Positions 47,568-57,520 of a stretch of 64,000 nt of DNA are shown here, piece by piece. The notes below the pieces were generated by a model. That model was not told the origin of the DNA and made no database searches. It saw only the letters and a program-made list of their open reading frames with translations. Position 1 is the first letter of the stretch. Each line of letters begins with the position of its first letter. The position numbers and the translations under genes are program-made. The DNA is from Thermodesulfobacteriota bacterium (GTDB taxonomy: Bacteria > Desulfobacterota > Desulfobacteria > Desulfobacterales > SURF-7): assembly GCA_049320885.1 (NCBI GenBank), contig JBMORA010000022.1:32001-96000 (forward strand), in the 5' to 3' direction.

Positions 47568-48679
47568 GCAAGGAAAGCAAGAAGACCATTTCCTTCGCGT
47601 ATGACGTGACCCTGCTGTTTCCAGTGTTGTTTCTGGTGGGCATCGGCGTGGTCATGGTCTACAGCTCCAGTTCGGCATTGGCGATGAAGAAATACGGCAA
47701 TGACTATTATTTTCTGGAGCGGCAGTTGTCCTTTGCCATATTGGGAATTATCGCTCTTGTCATTTGCCGCTATGTGCCGTACCGGTATTACCAGCATCTG
47801 TCCTATGTTTTCCTGCTGCTGGCGATCCTGCTGCTGATCGCCGTGCAATTTTCCGGCATCGCCTACTCCGCCGGAGGGGCCCAGCGATGGCTGCGGTTCA
47901 TGGGGATCTCGTTTCAACCCTCCGAATTCGCCCGTTTCGCCATGATTATCTATCTGGCGTATTCCCTCAGCAAGAAACGGAACAACATCCATGTTTTTTC
48001 CATCGGTTTCGTGCCCCATGTCGCGGTACTTGGCCTTCTGGCCGTATTGATCCTGCTGCAACCGGACTTCGGATCTGTGGCGATTCTCTGTGCCCTGACC
48101 TGGATCATGCTGTTTGTCGGCGGCGTGAGATTCGTACACCTGCTTTCGGGGTTGCTGGTGGCGCTGCCGCTGGGCTATTACGTTTTGTTCAATTCCGAAT
48201 ACCGCATGAAGCGGATACTCAGTTATCTCGATCCCTGGCAATACCCGGCCGATGAGGGGTATCAGATCATCCATTCCCTGATGGCCTTCGGGACGGGCGG
48301 GATATGGGGGACCGGAATCGGGCAGGGATATCAGAAATTGTTCTATCTTCCGGAACCGCATACGGATTTCATTTTTTCCGTTATTGGGGAAGAACTCGGA
48401 CTGTGGGGCGTATCGGTCATCCTGGTTCTGTTTTTGATCCTGCTCTGGCGCGGGGTGGTGATCGCCAAAAACACGGAAAACCTGTTCGGAGCCTTTCTGG
48501 CCGTCGGCCTGACCACTGCGGTCGGCCTTCAGGTCTGCGTCAATATGGGCGTCACTGTCGGTTTGTTGCCGACCAAGGGTCTTACCCTGCCATTTTTGAG
48601 TTACGGCGGCAGTTCATTGCTGGTCAACATGGCTTGTATCGGGATTCTGATGAACATAGGGGCGGCAAAAACGACATGA
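47564..48679 (+). CDS. ftsW: SEDS glycosyltransferase FtsW
   Basis: MVYSSS, FQPSEF, QPDFG, YLPEPHTDFIF, PTKGLTLPFLSYGGSS. Confidence 0.97.
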   Translation: MSKESKKTISFAYDVTLLFPVLFLVGIGVVMVYSSSSALAMKKYGNDYYFLERQLSFAILGIIALVICRYVPYRYYQHLSYVFLLLAILLLIAVQFSGIAYSAGGAQRWLRFMGISFQPSEFARFAMIIYLAYSLSKKRNNIHVFSIGFVPHVAVLGLLAVLILLQPDFGSVAILCALTWIMLFVGGVRFVHLLSGLLVALPLGYYVLFNSEYRMKRILSYLDPWQYPADEGYQIIHSLMAFGTGGIWGTGIGQGYQKLFYLPEPHTDFIFSVIGEELGLWGVSVILVLFLILLWRGVVIAKNTENLFGAFLAVGLTTAVGLQVCVNMGVTVGLLPTKGLTLPFLSYGGSSLLVNMACIGILMNIGAAKTT

Positions 48680-49959
48680 AAAAAATGCCATTCCATTCGC
48701 TTATGTCCGAGACGGAAGGGTTCGCGCGGCATCAATGGGGATACCAGCAGGGGGGATACCAGCAGGGGGAATACCAGTTGGAAGCCTACCGGCCTTTCAC
48801 CGCCATTGGGTTGTTCGGGGCGGCGGCGAGCGAAAAAACCGCGTCCGAACCCTTTACGATTCTCATGGCCGGGGGGATAACCGGCGGACATCTTTTTCCG
48901 GGCATCGCCATTGCGGAAGCTTTTTGCGAGAAGAATTCCGCCCATCGGATTGTCTTTGTCAGCGTCGGCAATCCGTTTGAACGTGCCGTATTGGGGAAGA
49001 CGATGTTTGAAACCCGTTGGGTCCGGATCGAAGGCATCAAGGGGCGGAGTGTCTGGCGGAAGCTCAAGGCGGTTGCGAAAATTCCGGGCTGCATTCTGGA
49101 GTCGGCCGGGATCATCCGGGAATGCCGGCCGCGGCTGGTCATCGGACTGGGGGGCTTTTCATCCGGACCGGTGGTGGTCGCCGCCAGGCTCCTCGGCATC
49201 CCGGTGGTGCTCCACGAGCAGAATATACTGCCGGGAATCACCAACCGGCTGCTGGCCCGTTTCGCCCGCCGGGTATATGTATCCTTTCCGAATACGAAAA
49301 TTGCCGTCAGGGGCGATTCCATCCGCTTGACCGGCAATCCGGTTCGCCGGGATATTCTGGCCAGCGGTGATCTCCCGCCGGAAGCCGCGGAGCCGGCTGT
49401 ATCGAAAACGGAAAAGCGGTTCACGGTGCTGGTGCTTGGCGGCAGCCAGGGGGCGCACCGGATCAATATGGCGGTGATTGAAGCCTTGGGGATGCTGCGG
49501 AATCCCGCCGATTACTGTTTCATCCACCAGACAGGGGAGGCGGATGAAGGCCTGGTCAAGGGCGCCTATATGGGCCACGGCATTACGGCGGATGTGCGGG
49601 CGTTTTTTCATGGGCTGGCCGATCAGTACCGCCAGGCCGATCTGATCATCTGCCGGGCCGGGGCAACCACCATAGCGGAAATCACGGCGATCGGAAAGCC
49701 GGCCGTTTTCATCCCCTATCCGTATGCGGCGGACGACCACCAGTTATGGAATGCCAGGGCCCTGGCCGACCATGGGGCCGCCGATGTCCTGATTGAAAAG
49801 GAATTGTGCGGGGCAGCGATCGCCGAAAAAATAGATGGCTGGTTATCCCGTCCGGAGCGTCTCGAGCAGATGGCGATCCTCTCGAGAAAGATGGGCAGGC
49901 CGAATGCGGCGGAGGATATTGTCGCGGATTGTTATGAATTGCTGAATGGTTCGGAATAA
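48676..49959 (+). CDS. murG: lipid II GlcNAc transferase with N-terminal extension
   Basis: AGGITGGHLFPG, HEQN, GNPVR, GGSQGA, CRAGATT, DDHQ; ATGA overlap with ftsW stop. Confidence 0.93.
   Translation: MKKMPFHSLMSETEGFARHQWGYQQGGYQQGEYQLEAYRPFTAIGLFGAAASEKTASEPFTILMAGGITGGHLFPGIAIAEAFCEKNSAHRIVFVSVGNPFERAVLGKTMFETRWVRIEGIKGRSVWRKLKAVAKIPGCILESAGIIRECRPRLVIGLGGFSSGPVVVAARLLGIPVVLHEQNILPGITNRLLARFARRVYVSFPNTKIAVRGDSIRLTGNPVRRDILASGDLPPEAAEPAVSKTEKRFTVLVLGGSQGAHRINMAVIEALGMLRNPADYCFIHQTGEADEGLVKGAYMGHGITADVRAFFHGLADQYRQADLIICRAGATTIAEITAIGKPAVFIPYPYAADDHQLWNARALADHGAADVLIEKELCGAAIAEKIDGWLSRPERLEQMAILSRKMGRPNAAEDIVADCYELLNGSE
48737..48777 (+). repeat. 15-bp tandem repeat, about 2.7 copies
   Basis: ATACCAG at 48741, 48756 and 48771; unit ATACCAGCAGGGGG(G/A). 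Confidence 0.85.
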
Positions 49960-49965
49960 GACGGG

Positions 49966-51348
49966 ATGTATTTAAAAACCTATCACATATTTTTTGTCGG
50001 CATCGGCGGCATCGGCATGAGCGGGATCGCGGAATTGTTGCTGAACCTGGGGTATAAGGTTTCCGGCTCCGATATCCGCTCCTCGGACATCACCAGGCGT
50101 CTTCAGCGGCTCGGCGGCACCATTTATGAAGGGCATGCCGGTCATCAGATCCAGGGGGCGGATGTGGTGGTCACGTCTTCCGCCATCGGACCGGGCAATC
50201 CGGAAGTGACGGCGGCCCGCAAGGCGGCCATTCCGGTGATCCCCCGCGCGGAAATGCTGGCTGAATTGATGCGTATCAAATACAGCATCGCGGTGGCCGG
50301 AGCCCATGGAAAAACCTCAACGACTTCGATCATCGCGGCCGTGCTGGCCCAGGGAGGTCTCGACCCCACGGTGGTCATCGGCGGCAAGCTGAAAAGCATC
50401 GACACCAATGCCGTCCTGGGCGGCGGGGAATTCATCGTGGCGGAGGCCGACGAGAGCGACGGCTCATTCCTGAAATACAGCCCGGCCATCGCCGTGGTGA
50501 CCAATATCGACCGGGAGCATCTGGATTTCTATCCGGACCTTCCCGCCATCAAAAAGGTGTTTGTCGATTTCATCGACCGGATTCCCTTTTACGGCTTGGC
50601 GGTGCTTTGTCTCGATAATGAATCGATTCAGGATCTGATTCCAGCGGTAAAAAAACGGTTCACGACCTACGGCCTGAACACCCAGGCGGATTTGCAGGCC
50701 AGACAGGTCAGCCATAAAGGGCCGACCAGTCAATTTACCCTGATTCATCGCGGCCGCCCGCTGGGAGAAATCCTGCTCAACCTGCCGGGAACCCATAATG
50801 TCCAGAACGCCATGGCCAGCATCGCCGTCGGGCTGGAGCTGGGGATTCCGTTTCCGACCATCAAAGCCGCACTTGAAACGCTGCCGGGCGTTCGACGGAG
50901 AATGGAGATCAAGGGCGAGGGGCACGGCATCACCGTCATGGATGATTACGGGCATCACCCCACGGAAATCAAAAGCACTTTGAGCGCGATCCGACAAAGC
51001 TGGCCCCATAAGCGTCTGGTGGTTGTTTTCCAGCCGCATCGATACACCAGAACCCGGGCCCTCTTCGATGAATTCACCCGCGCGTTTTATCAATCGGACT
51101 CCCTGGTGGTGCTGCCGATTTATGCCGCCGGCGAGGAACCGATTCCGGGGGTCGAAGCCGGGCGACTGTTTGAAAACATCCGCGATCATGGACATAAGGA
51201 TGTGATTTATTTCGGGGAGCCGGCTGCGGCCGTCCCCTATTTGATGAAAACACTGAAGCAGGGGGATATATTGCTGACACTGGGGGCGGGTGATGTCTGG
51301 AAACTCGGCGAGCAGCTGTTGCAACAGTTAGCCGGCGCCAACGAATGA
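49966..51348 (+). CDS. murC: UDP-MurNAc:L-Ala ligase
   Basis: GIGGIGMSG, AGAHGKT, EADESD, DDYGHHPTE, FQPHRYTR. Confidence 0.97.
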   Translation: MYLKTYHIFFVGIGGIGMSGIAELLLNLGYKVSGSDIRSSDITRRLQRLGGTIYEGHAGHQIQGADVVVTSSAIGPGNPEVTAARKAAIPVIPRAEMLAELMRIKYSIAVAGAHGKTSTTSIIAAVLAQGGLDPTVVIGGKLKSIDTNAVLGGGEFIVAEADESDGSFLKYSPAIAVVTNIDREHLDFYPDLPAIKKVFVDFIDRIPFYGLAVLCLDNESIQDLIPAVKKRFTTYGLNTQADLQARQVSHKGPTSQFTLIHRGRPLGEILLNLPGTHNVQNAMASIAVGLELGIPFPTIKAALETLPGVRRRMEIKGEGHGITVMDDYGHHPTEIKSTLSAIRQSWPHKRLVVVFQPHRYTRTRALFDEFTRAFYQSDSLVVLPIYAAGEEPIPGVEAGRLFENIRDHGHKDVIYFGEPAAAVPYLMKTLKQGDILLTLGAGDVWKLGEQLLQQLAGANE

Positions 51349-51357
51349 GAAAACGCC

Positions 51358-52308
51358 ATGGGTTTTTCGGAACGGCAGAAAAAATGGCTGACCGGTCTCG
51401 TGGGGCCGCGAGCGGTCTTCGACGAACCCATGAAACGGCATACGTCCTTTCGGGTGGGCGGAAAAGCCGAGGCGCTGGTCATAGCGGCGGATGTTTCGGA
51501 GTTGGTTCAGCTGCTTTCCTTCTCGCGGGATAGCGGACAACCCTATTTCGTCATCGGTGCCGGCACCAACCTGCTGGTGAGGGACGAGGGGATCAGGGGG
51601 CTGGTGATTGCCGTGACCAAGGCAATGGGAAAAATCGACCGGGAACCGGAAAACGGTACGGATGTGATCGTGAACGCAATGGCGGGGGCGAGCTTGAAAT
51701 CTCTTTGTCGATATGCCGCGGATGCCGGGCTTTCCGGCATCAATTTCGCAACCGGCATCCCCGGCACCGTGGGCGGCGCTCTCCGCATGAACGCCGGCAC
51801 GACAGCCGGCGCGGTGGGCGATATCGTGATCGGAATAACCGCGCTGTTGCCCGGGGGGGAGATCCGGATGCTGACCCGGGAATCCCTCGGCTTCGCGTAC
51901 CGGAGAATGCAATGGCCGGCCGGCTGCATGGGGAAGGAGTCCGCGTCACCGCCGATCATCATCGACGCCCGCTTCCGGCTGGTCCCCGGAGATTCCACGG
52001 CCATCAAGGCGGAAGCGAAGGCCTTGTGGACGGAGCGGAAACGGAAGCAGCCGTTGAATCGCCCCAGCGCCGGATGCATTTTCAAAAATCCGTCCCCGGA
52101 GACGCCGGCCGGCATGCTCATTGAAAAGGCCGGCCTCAAGGGAAAGCAATCCGGGGGAGCCCGGGTTTCGGACCTGCATGCCAATTTCATTGTGAATGAG
52201 GGGGACGCCAGCGCCGCCGATATTCTGCGGTTGATGGAAATCGTTCAGGAGACCGTTTGGAAGCGATACAACATCCGACTGGAGCCGGAGGTTCAAATTG
52301 TCGGGTAG
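51358..52308 (+). CDS. murB: UDP-N-acetylenolpyruvylglucosamine reductase
   Basis: HTSFRVGG, GTNLLV, GIPGTVGGA, SAGCIFKNP, HANF, LEPEV. Confidence 0.96.
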   Translation: MGFSERQKKWLTGLVGPRAVFDEPMKRHTSFRVGGKAEALVIAADVSELVQLLSFSRDSGQPYFVIGAGTNLLVRDEGIRGLVIAVTKAMGKIDREPENGTDVIVNAMAGASLKSLCRYAADAGLSGINFATGIPGTVGGALRMNAGTTAGAVGDIVIGITALLPGGEIRMLTRESLGFAYRRMQWPAGCMGKESASPPIIIDARFRLVPGDSTAIKAEAKALWTERKRKQPLNRPSAGCIFKNPSPETPAGMLIEKAGLKGKQSGGARVSDLHANFIVNEGDASAADILRLMEIVQETVWKRYNIRLEPEVQIVG

Positions 52309-53173
52309 CAAGCGCATCCGGAAAAACAAATATAAGAAAAAACCGCTGAAGGAGCGCTTTTTCGTCAAGCTGCGCCTGGGGTTGCTGCTGCAATGCGGCG
52401 CGGGCCTTTTTTTCTTGACGGCGCTAAGCCTGATGCTGGTTTTTACCCATGATTTCTTGACCCAATGGGATTATCTCAACGCCAGGAATATCCATGTGGA
52501 GGGGCAGCGCAGGCTTTTCCGGGAAACCATACTTTCCCAGGCCCAGATCGGGCCTTCCGACAATATTCTTGCCATCAACCTGTCCATGGCGAGGGCGCGG
52601 CTTTTGTCCCATCCCTGGATAGCGGAGGCGGATATCCGCAGGGAATTTCCGGCAACGATCGTCATCCGGATATCGGAACACCGGCCCTTGGCCGTGATCG
52701 ACCTGGGCCGGGAACTCCTGATGGACGAGGAAGGAGAAATTTTTAAAGAAAAAACGGAAGACGACCCGGTGGACCTGCCGGTCGTCACCGGCCTTGATTA
52801 CGCGGAACTCGACCCCGTGGGCAGGAGTAAAAGCAAAGGACTCAAGGCGGTTGTCGATATCCTGCGGGTGATCAAGACCCACTACAGGGGCATCGGCCGT
52901 TTTCCGGTGGACCATATCGGAATCGACCGGGATCTCGGTTTGACGCTTACGATGGAGGGACCTGTCAAAAGCGTTTTTATCGGCTACGAGGATTATGAAA
53001 GCAAGTACAGAAAGATACAGGAAGTGATCGATCTCATCAGAACAACGGAGCAATTTTCCGATATAGAGGCGATGGATATCAGTAATGTGAATCGAGTCGT
53101 CATTCGGCCGTCGGTGATGTTGTCATCGTCCGGAAATGAAAAAGGAGGTTCACTGTGCAAGGACAAGACCTGA
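52298..53173 (+). CDS. ftsQ: cell division protein FtsQ/DivIB
   Basis: Basic N-tail, TM, POTRA (HPWIAEADIRREFP), LPVVTG; between murB and ftsA; TTG start. Confidence 0.88.
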   Translation: MSGSKRIRKNKYKKKPLKERFFVKLRLGLLLQCGAGLFFLTALSLMLVFTHDFLTQWDYLNARNIHVEGQRRLFRETILSQAQIGPSDNILAINLSMARARLLSHPWIAEADIRREFPATIVIRISEHRPLAVIDLGRELLMDEEGEIFKEKTEDDPVDLPVVTGLDYAELDPVGRSKSKGLKAVVDILRVIKTHYRGIGRFPVDHIGIDRDLGLTLTMEGPVKSVFIGYEDYESKYRKIQEVIDLIRTTEQFSDIEAMDISNVNRVVIRPSVMLSSSGNEKGGSLCKDKT

Positions 53174-54378
53174 TTGTCGGCCTGGATATCGGTACCACCA
53201 AGATTTGTACGGTCGTCGGTGAATTGTCCGGCGATAAAATCAATATTATCGGCATCGGCACGCATCCATCCATCGGGCTGCGCAAGGGAGTGGTGGTCAA
53301 CATCGAGGCCACCGTGGAATCCATCAAGAAGGCGGTGGAAGAAGCGGAACTCATGGCGGGCTGTGAAATCTCTTCGGTCTATGCCGGCATCGCCGGCGGT
53401 CACATAACCGGATTCAACAGTCATGGAATTATCGCGGTGAAGGGTTCCGAAATCACCCAGAGCGATGTGGACCGGGTCATCGATGCCGCCCGGGCTGTGG
53501 CCATACCCATGGACCGGGAGGTGATTCACGTACTCCCCCAGGAATTCATCGTGGATGACGAACCCGGAATCCAGAACCCGGTGGGGATGGCGGGAGTGCG
53601 CCTGGAAACCAAGATTCATATCGTAACCGGCGCCGTGGCGTCGGCCCATAATATCGTCAAGTGCGCCAACCGGGCCGGTCTGGATGTCTGCGACATCGTC
53701 CTGGAGTCTCTTGCTTCCGGCGAGGCGGTTCTGACGAGGGAGGAAAAGGAACTCGGCACGGCATTGATCGACCTGGGCGGCGGCACCACCGATTTGGCGA
53801 TTTTTTGTAAAAACAACATCAAACACACCTTTGTGTTGGCCCTGGGAGGCAATAACCTGACCAATGACATTTCCGTGGGGCTTCGGGCGCCCATAGCGGA
53901 GGCGGAAAAATTAAAAAAGAAATATGGTTCCTGTGTGTCGGCCCATATCAGTCCCGATGACACCATCGAGGTCCCGGGAATGGGAGGCAGAAAAACAAGA
54001 AACCTGCCGCGGCAGATATTGGGAGAAATTCTGGAACCGCGCATGGAAGAAATGTTTTCCCTGGTCAAGCGCGAGATCGACCGGGCCGGCATGGAAAACA
54101 TGATTACTTCCGGAGTGGTGATAACGGGAGGCACCGCCTTACTGGACGGGGTCACGGATGTGGCGGAGGCGGTTTTCAACCTGCCCACGAGGCTGGGCCG
54201 TCCGCAAGGCATCAGCGGTCTGGTGGATGTGGTCAACAACCCCATGTACGCCACCAGCGTGGGACTGGTGCTGTTCGGCGCCCGCAACCAGTCGGAGCGC
54301 AAGTTCCGCATCCGTGACGCCAATATTTTCAACCGGCTGATCAATCGCATGCGCAAATGGTTTCAGGAGATCATCTGA
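53155..54378 (+). CDS. ftsA: cell division protein FtsA
   Basis: GLDIGTTKI, DLGGGTTD, GVVITGG, amphipathic tail RMRKWFQEII; GTG after GGAGG. Confidence 0.97.
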   Translation: MQGQDLIVGLDIGTTKICTVVGELSGDKINIIGIGTHPSIGLRKGVVVNIEATVESIKKAVEEAELMAGCEISSVYAGIAGGHITGFNSHGIIAVKGSEITQSDVDRVIDAARAVAIPMDREVIHVLPQEFIVDDEPGIQNPVGMAGVRLETKIHIVTGAVASAHNIVKCANRAGLDVCDIVLESLASGEAVLTREEKELGTALIDLGGGTTDLAIFCKNNIKHTFVLALGGNNLTNDISVGLRAPIAEAEKLKKKYGSCVSAHISPDDTIEVPGMGGRKTRNLPRQILGEILEPRMEEMFSLVKREIDRAGMENMITSGVVITGGTALLDGVTDVAEAVFNLPTRLGRPQGISGLVDVVNNPMYATSVGLVLFGARNQSERKFRIRDANIFNRLINRMRKWFQEII

Positions 54379-54521
54379 CACCCGTTCGGAGAGGGTTTGA
54401 TTGTTGCAACAACGCTTGAAAGAGAGCTTTCCCGCCGCGGCCATCGGGGATCCCGGCAGCAAGGAGCACCAGGCCGGCGGCAAAACGACTTACCAAATCA
54501 ATCATCAGGGAGGTGGGGAAA

Positions 54522-55706
54522 ATGAGTTTTGTCTACATCGACAATGAGAGAACGGCAAGAATCAAGGTCATTGGAATCGGCGGCGCCGGCGGCAACGCCA
54601 TCAACAACATGGTCATCGCGAACCTGAAGGGCGTGGAATTCATTGCCGCCAATACGGACGCCCAGGCCCTGGATATTTCAACGGCGCCCACCCGGATCCA
54701 GATCGGGGAGAGATTGACCTCGGGACTCGGGGCCGGCGCCAATCCAGCCGTGGGGCGCGATGCGGCGCATGAGTCGGCTGATACCATCCGCAAAGCCCTG
54801 GAAGGCGCTCATATGGTGTTTCTAACCGCCGGGTTCGGCGGCGGAACCGGGACGGGCGCTACTCCTGTTATCGCTGAAATCTGCAAAGAAATAGGGGCGT
54901 TGACTGTCGCCGTGGTGTCGAAGCCGTTTTCCTTCGAAGGAAAGAAGCGGGCCAAACAGGCGGAAGACGGCATCAACATGCTCAAGGATGTGGCCGATAC
55001 GGTCATCACCATTCCCAACGACCGGTTGCGGGGAATCGCCCCCAAAAACGCCAAGATGGTGGAGATGTTCAAAAAGGCGGATGAAATCCTGCATCATTCC
55101 GTGAAGGGCATCACCGATCTCATCATGGTGCCCGGACTGGTCAATCTGGATTTTGCCGATGTGCGGACCACCATGTCCAAGGCCGGCATGGCGCTGATGG
55201 GAATCGGCATCGCCTCGGGTGAGAATCGCGCCACGGAAGCCGCCGAGAGAGCCATCAGCCATCCGCTGCTGGAAGACATTTCCATTGCCGGTGCCAAGGG
55301 CGTCCTGATGAATATCACCTGTACCAGCGATATGACGCTGGATGAAATGACCGAGGCCTCGGACCGGATTTACAAGGAAGTGGGCGATGAGGCGGAAATC
55401 ATTTGGGGGCAGGCCATCGACGAGACCCTCGGGGATGAAATGCGGGTCACGGTCATCGCAACGGGCATCGAATGCGCCCGTAAAAAGCATCAAACCCCGG
55501 CGGAAACCGTTGTCCCGAGGGGGCGGGTGCGGGATATCACCATGGAAGACCTGCAAAATGCGGTGGGATATGAGGAACCGACCTTTATCCGCCACAAAAG
55601 GGCGGTGGGGGATTCCAGCGGCGCTTCCTATCGTGGTTATAAGGGCATAGTATTGGATAGCGATGATTTGGATGTGCCGACTTTCCTGCGGCGCAAGGCG
55701 GATTAG
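54522..55706 (+). CDS. ftsZ: cell division protein FtsZ
   Basis: GGAGGNA, GGGTGTG, NLDFADV, tail DLDVPTFLRRKAD; ATG 54522 after GGAGGT. Confidence 0.98.
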   Translation: MSFVYIDNERTARIKVIGIGGAGGNAINNMVIANLKGVEFIAANTDAQALDISTAPTRIQIGERLTSGLGAGANPAVGRDAAHESADTIRKALEGAHMVFLTAGFGGGTGTGATPVIAEICKEIGALTVAVVSKPFSFEGKKRAKQAEDGINMLKDVADTVITIPNDRLRGIAPKNAKMVEMFKKADEILHHSVKGITDLIMVPGLVNLDFADVRTTMSKAGMALMGIGIASGENRATEAAERAISHPLLEDISIAGAKGVLMNITCTSDMTLDEMTEASDRIYKEVGDEAEIIWGQAIDETLGDEMRVTVIATGIECARKKHQTPAETVVPRGRVRDITMEDLQNAVGYEEPTFIRHKRAVGDSSGASYRGYKGIVLDSDDLDVPTFLRRKAD

Positions 55707-55712
55707 ACAACC

Positions 55713-55747
55713 ATTTGAGATTTCAGATTTGAGATTTCAGGTTTGAA
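55713..55747. repeat. heptamer tandem repeat, 5 copies
   Basis: ATTTGAG ATTTCAG ATTTGAG ATTTCAG GTTTGAA. Confidence 0.8.
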
Positions 55748-55758
55748 GTCATTCGATT

Positions 55759-57513
55759 ATGGCGCGGATGCAACACAGACACACGGTTGCCGACGTGGCA
55801 TCACGGGAGAAAGGCGTTGTTCGCAAACGCTGGAAAGGGCGTATGCGGATCGCCCTGGTGTACCCGAACTCCTATGATGTCGGCATGTCGAACCTCGGTT
55901 TTCAGGCCGTATACCGCATGCTGAATCAGCGGGACGATGTGGTCTGCGAGCGGGCGTTTGCGCCGGACAGAGCCAAACCGAACGATGGTATTCCTCGAAC
56001 GATCGAATCCGGTAGAGCGGTTGCTGAATTTGATATTATCGCCTTCTCGATCTCATTTGAAGCGGACTACCTCAAGCTCCTTGCCATCGTTCACCAAGCA
56101 GGTCTCCCCCTGCGATCTGCTGCGCGAGGTGATCCCCACCCCCTCGTGATCGCAGGGGGAGTCGCCTGTTTTTTAAATCCGGAACCGGTGGCTCCGTTTA
56201 TCGACTGCTTTTTTATCGGGGAAGCGGAATCACTGCTTCCCCGTTTTTTTCAATTCCATGATCCCGGCCTGGAGCGGCGGCAACTTCTGAAACGGCTTGC
56301 ACAAAACGTTCCCGGTCTGTATGTGCCTGCTTTCTACACGCCTCGATACCATGAAAACGGACTGCTGCAGGCCTTTGATCCCGATCCGGGGGTTCCGCCG
56401 ACAATTCAACGGGGGTTCCAGGCCGATCTGGATCGTTGCCCGGTCTGCAGCGCCATCCTGACGCCGCATACGTCTTTCGGTGACACCTACCTGATCGAAG
56501 TCAGCCGGGGATGCACCCATGGCTGCCGTTTCTGCAGCGCCGGATTCCTGTACCGCCCGCCCCGGTTCCGATCGGTGGAACAGTTGGAGAACAATATCGC
56601 GGCAGGAAGCGGCCTGGCGGGGAAAATCGGCCTGGTGGGAGCCGCGGTTTCCGATCATCCCGGGCTCGAGCGCCTGTGCCGCTTTGCGCTGGAGCGGGAC
56701 CTTTCGATTTCGTTCAGTTCACTCCGGGCCGATGCTTTGACGCCCTCGCTTGCCGAGGTGCTCCGGAGGAGCCATGTCAAGACCGCCACCATCGCTCCGG
56801 ACGCCGGTTCGGAGCGGATGCGCCGCGTCATCAACAAGGGCATCAGCGAAAAGCAGATCCTGGAAGCCGTCCGGTTGCTGGTTTCCGGAGGGATCCCCAA
56901 CGTGAAGCTTTATTTCATGATCGGGCTGCCATTTGAAACCGAAGCGGATATCGAGGCGATTGTGGCGCTGTGCCGAAACGTCAAGGACCGATTTCTGGAG
57001 GCCAGCCGCCGGATGGGGCGGATCGGCGGCATCACCGTGGCCATCAACCCCTTCGTTCCCAAACCCTTTACACCCTTCCAATGGGCGGCCATGGACGATC
57101 CGAAGTCTCTGCGGATGAAAAGCGAGGCGATCCGGAAGGGCCTTGCCAAGATAGACAACCTGACGGTGCAGCTGGAATCCGTCCGCCAGGCCTACACCCA
57201 GGCCTTGTTCGCCCGGGGAGACCGCCGCCTGGCCGATCTGCTGGAGCGGGCCGTGACAACCGGCGGCAACTGGACCAGCATCCTGAAATCCTGGACCATG
57301 GAGCCTGATTTTTACGTGCTGCGCGAACGCGCGCTGGACGAACTGCTTCCCTGGGATTTCATCGATCACGGTATTCGGAAATCCTTTCTCTGGAAAGAAT
57401 TCCGATGGGCTGCGGACGGCAAAACCTCTGCACCCTGTCCGGTTTCCAATTGCACCCGCTGCGGCGTCTGCGGGCAAGCGGCGTGTCCGGATCGATCCGG
57501 GGAAAAACCGTGA
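55759..57513 (+). CDS. radical SAM protein with B12-binding-like N-terminal domain
   Basis: YPNSYDVGMSNLG, EVSRGCTHGCRFC, KLYFMIGLP, FVPKPFTPFQW, C-terminal CTRCGVC. Confidence 0.88.
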   Translation: MARMQHRHTVADVASREKGVVRKRWKGRMRIALVYPNSYDVGMSNLGFQAVYRMLNQRDDVVCERAFAPDRAKPNDGIPRTIESGRAVAEFDIIAFSISFEADYLKLLAIVHQAGLPLRSAARGDPHPLVIAGGVACFLNPEPVAPFIDCFFIGEAESLLPRFFQFHDPGLERRQLLKRLAQNVPGLYVPAFYTPRYHENGLLQAFDPDPGVPPTIQRGFQADLDRCPVCSAILTPHTSFGDTYLIEVSRGCTHGCRFCSAGFLYRPPRFRSVEQLENNIAAGSGLAGKIGLVGAAVSDHPGLERLCRFALERDLSISFSSLRADALTPSLAEVLRRSHVKTATIAPDAGSERMRRVINKGISEKQILEAVRLLVSGGIPNVKLYFMIGLPFETEADIEAIVALCRNVKDRFLEASRRMGRIGGITVAINPFVPKPFTPFQWAAMDDPKSLRMKSEAIRKGLAKIDNLTVQLESVRQAYTQALFARGDRRLADLLERAVTTGGNWTSILKSWTMEPDFYVLRERALDELLPWDFIDHGIRKSFLWKEFRWAADGKTSAPCPVSNCTRCGVCGQAACPDRSGEKP

Positions 57514-57520
57514 TGCGGCG

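Noticed and set aside
48304..48675. N-terminal 124 codons of the 551-aa murG ORF
   Set aside because: Overlap ftsW in another frame; real start is at or after 48676.
54379..54521. TTGTTGCAACAA palindrome and GC stems between ftsA and ftsZ as an ncRNA
   Set aside because: No known family features; compatible with ordinary mRNA spacer structure.
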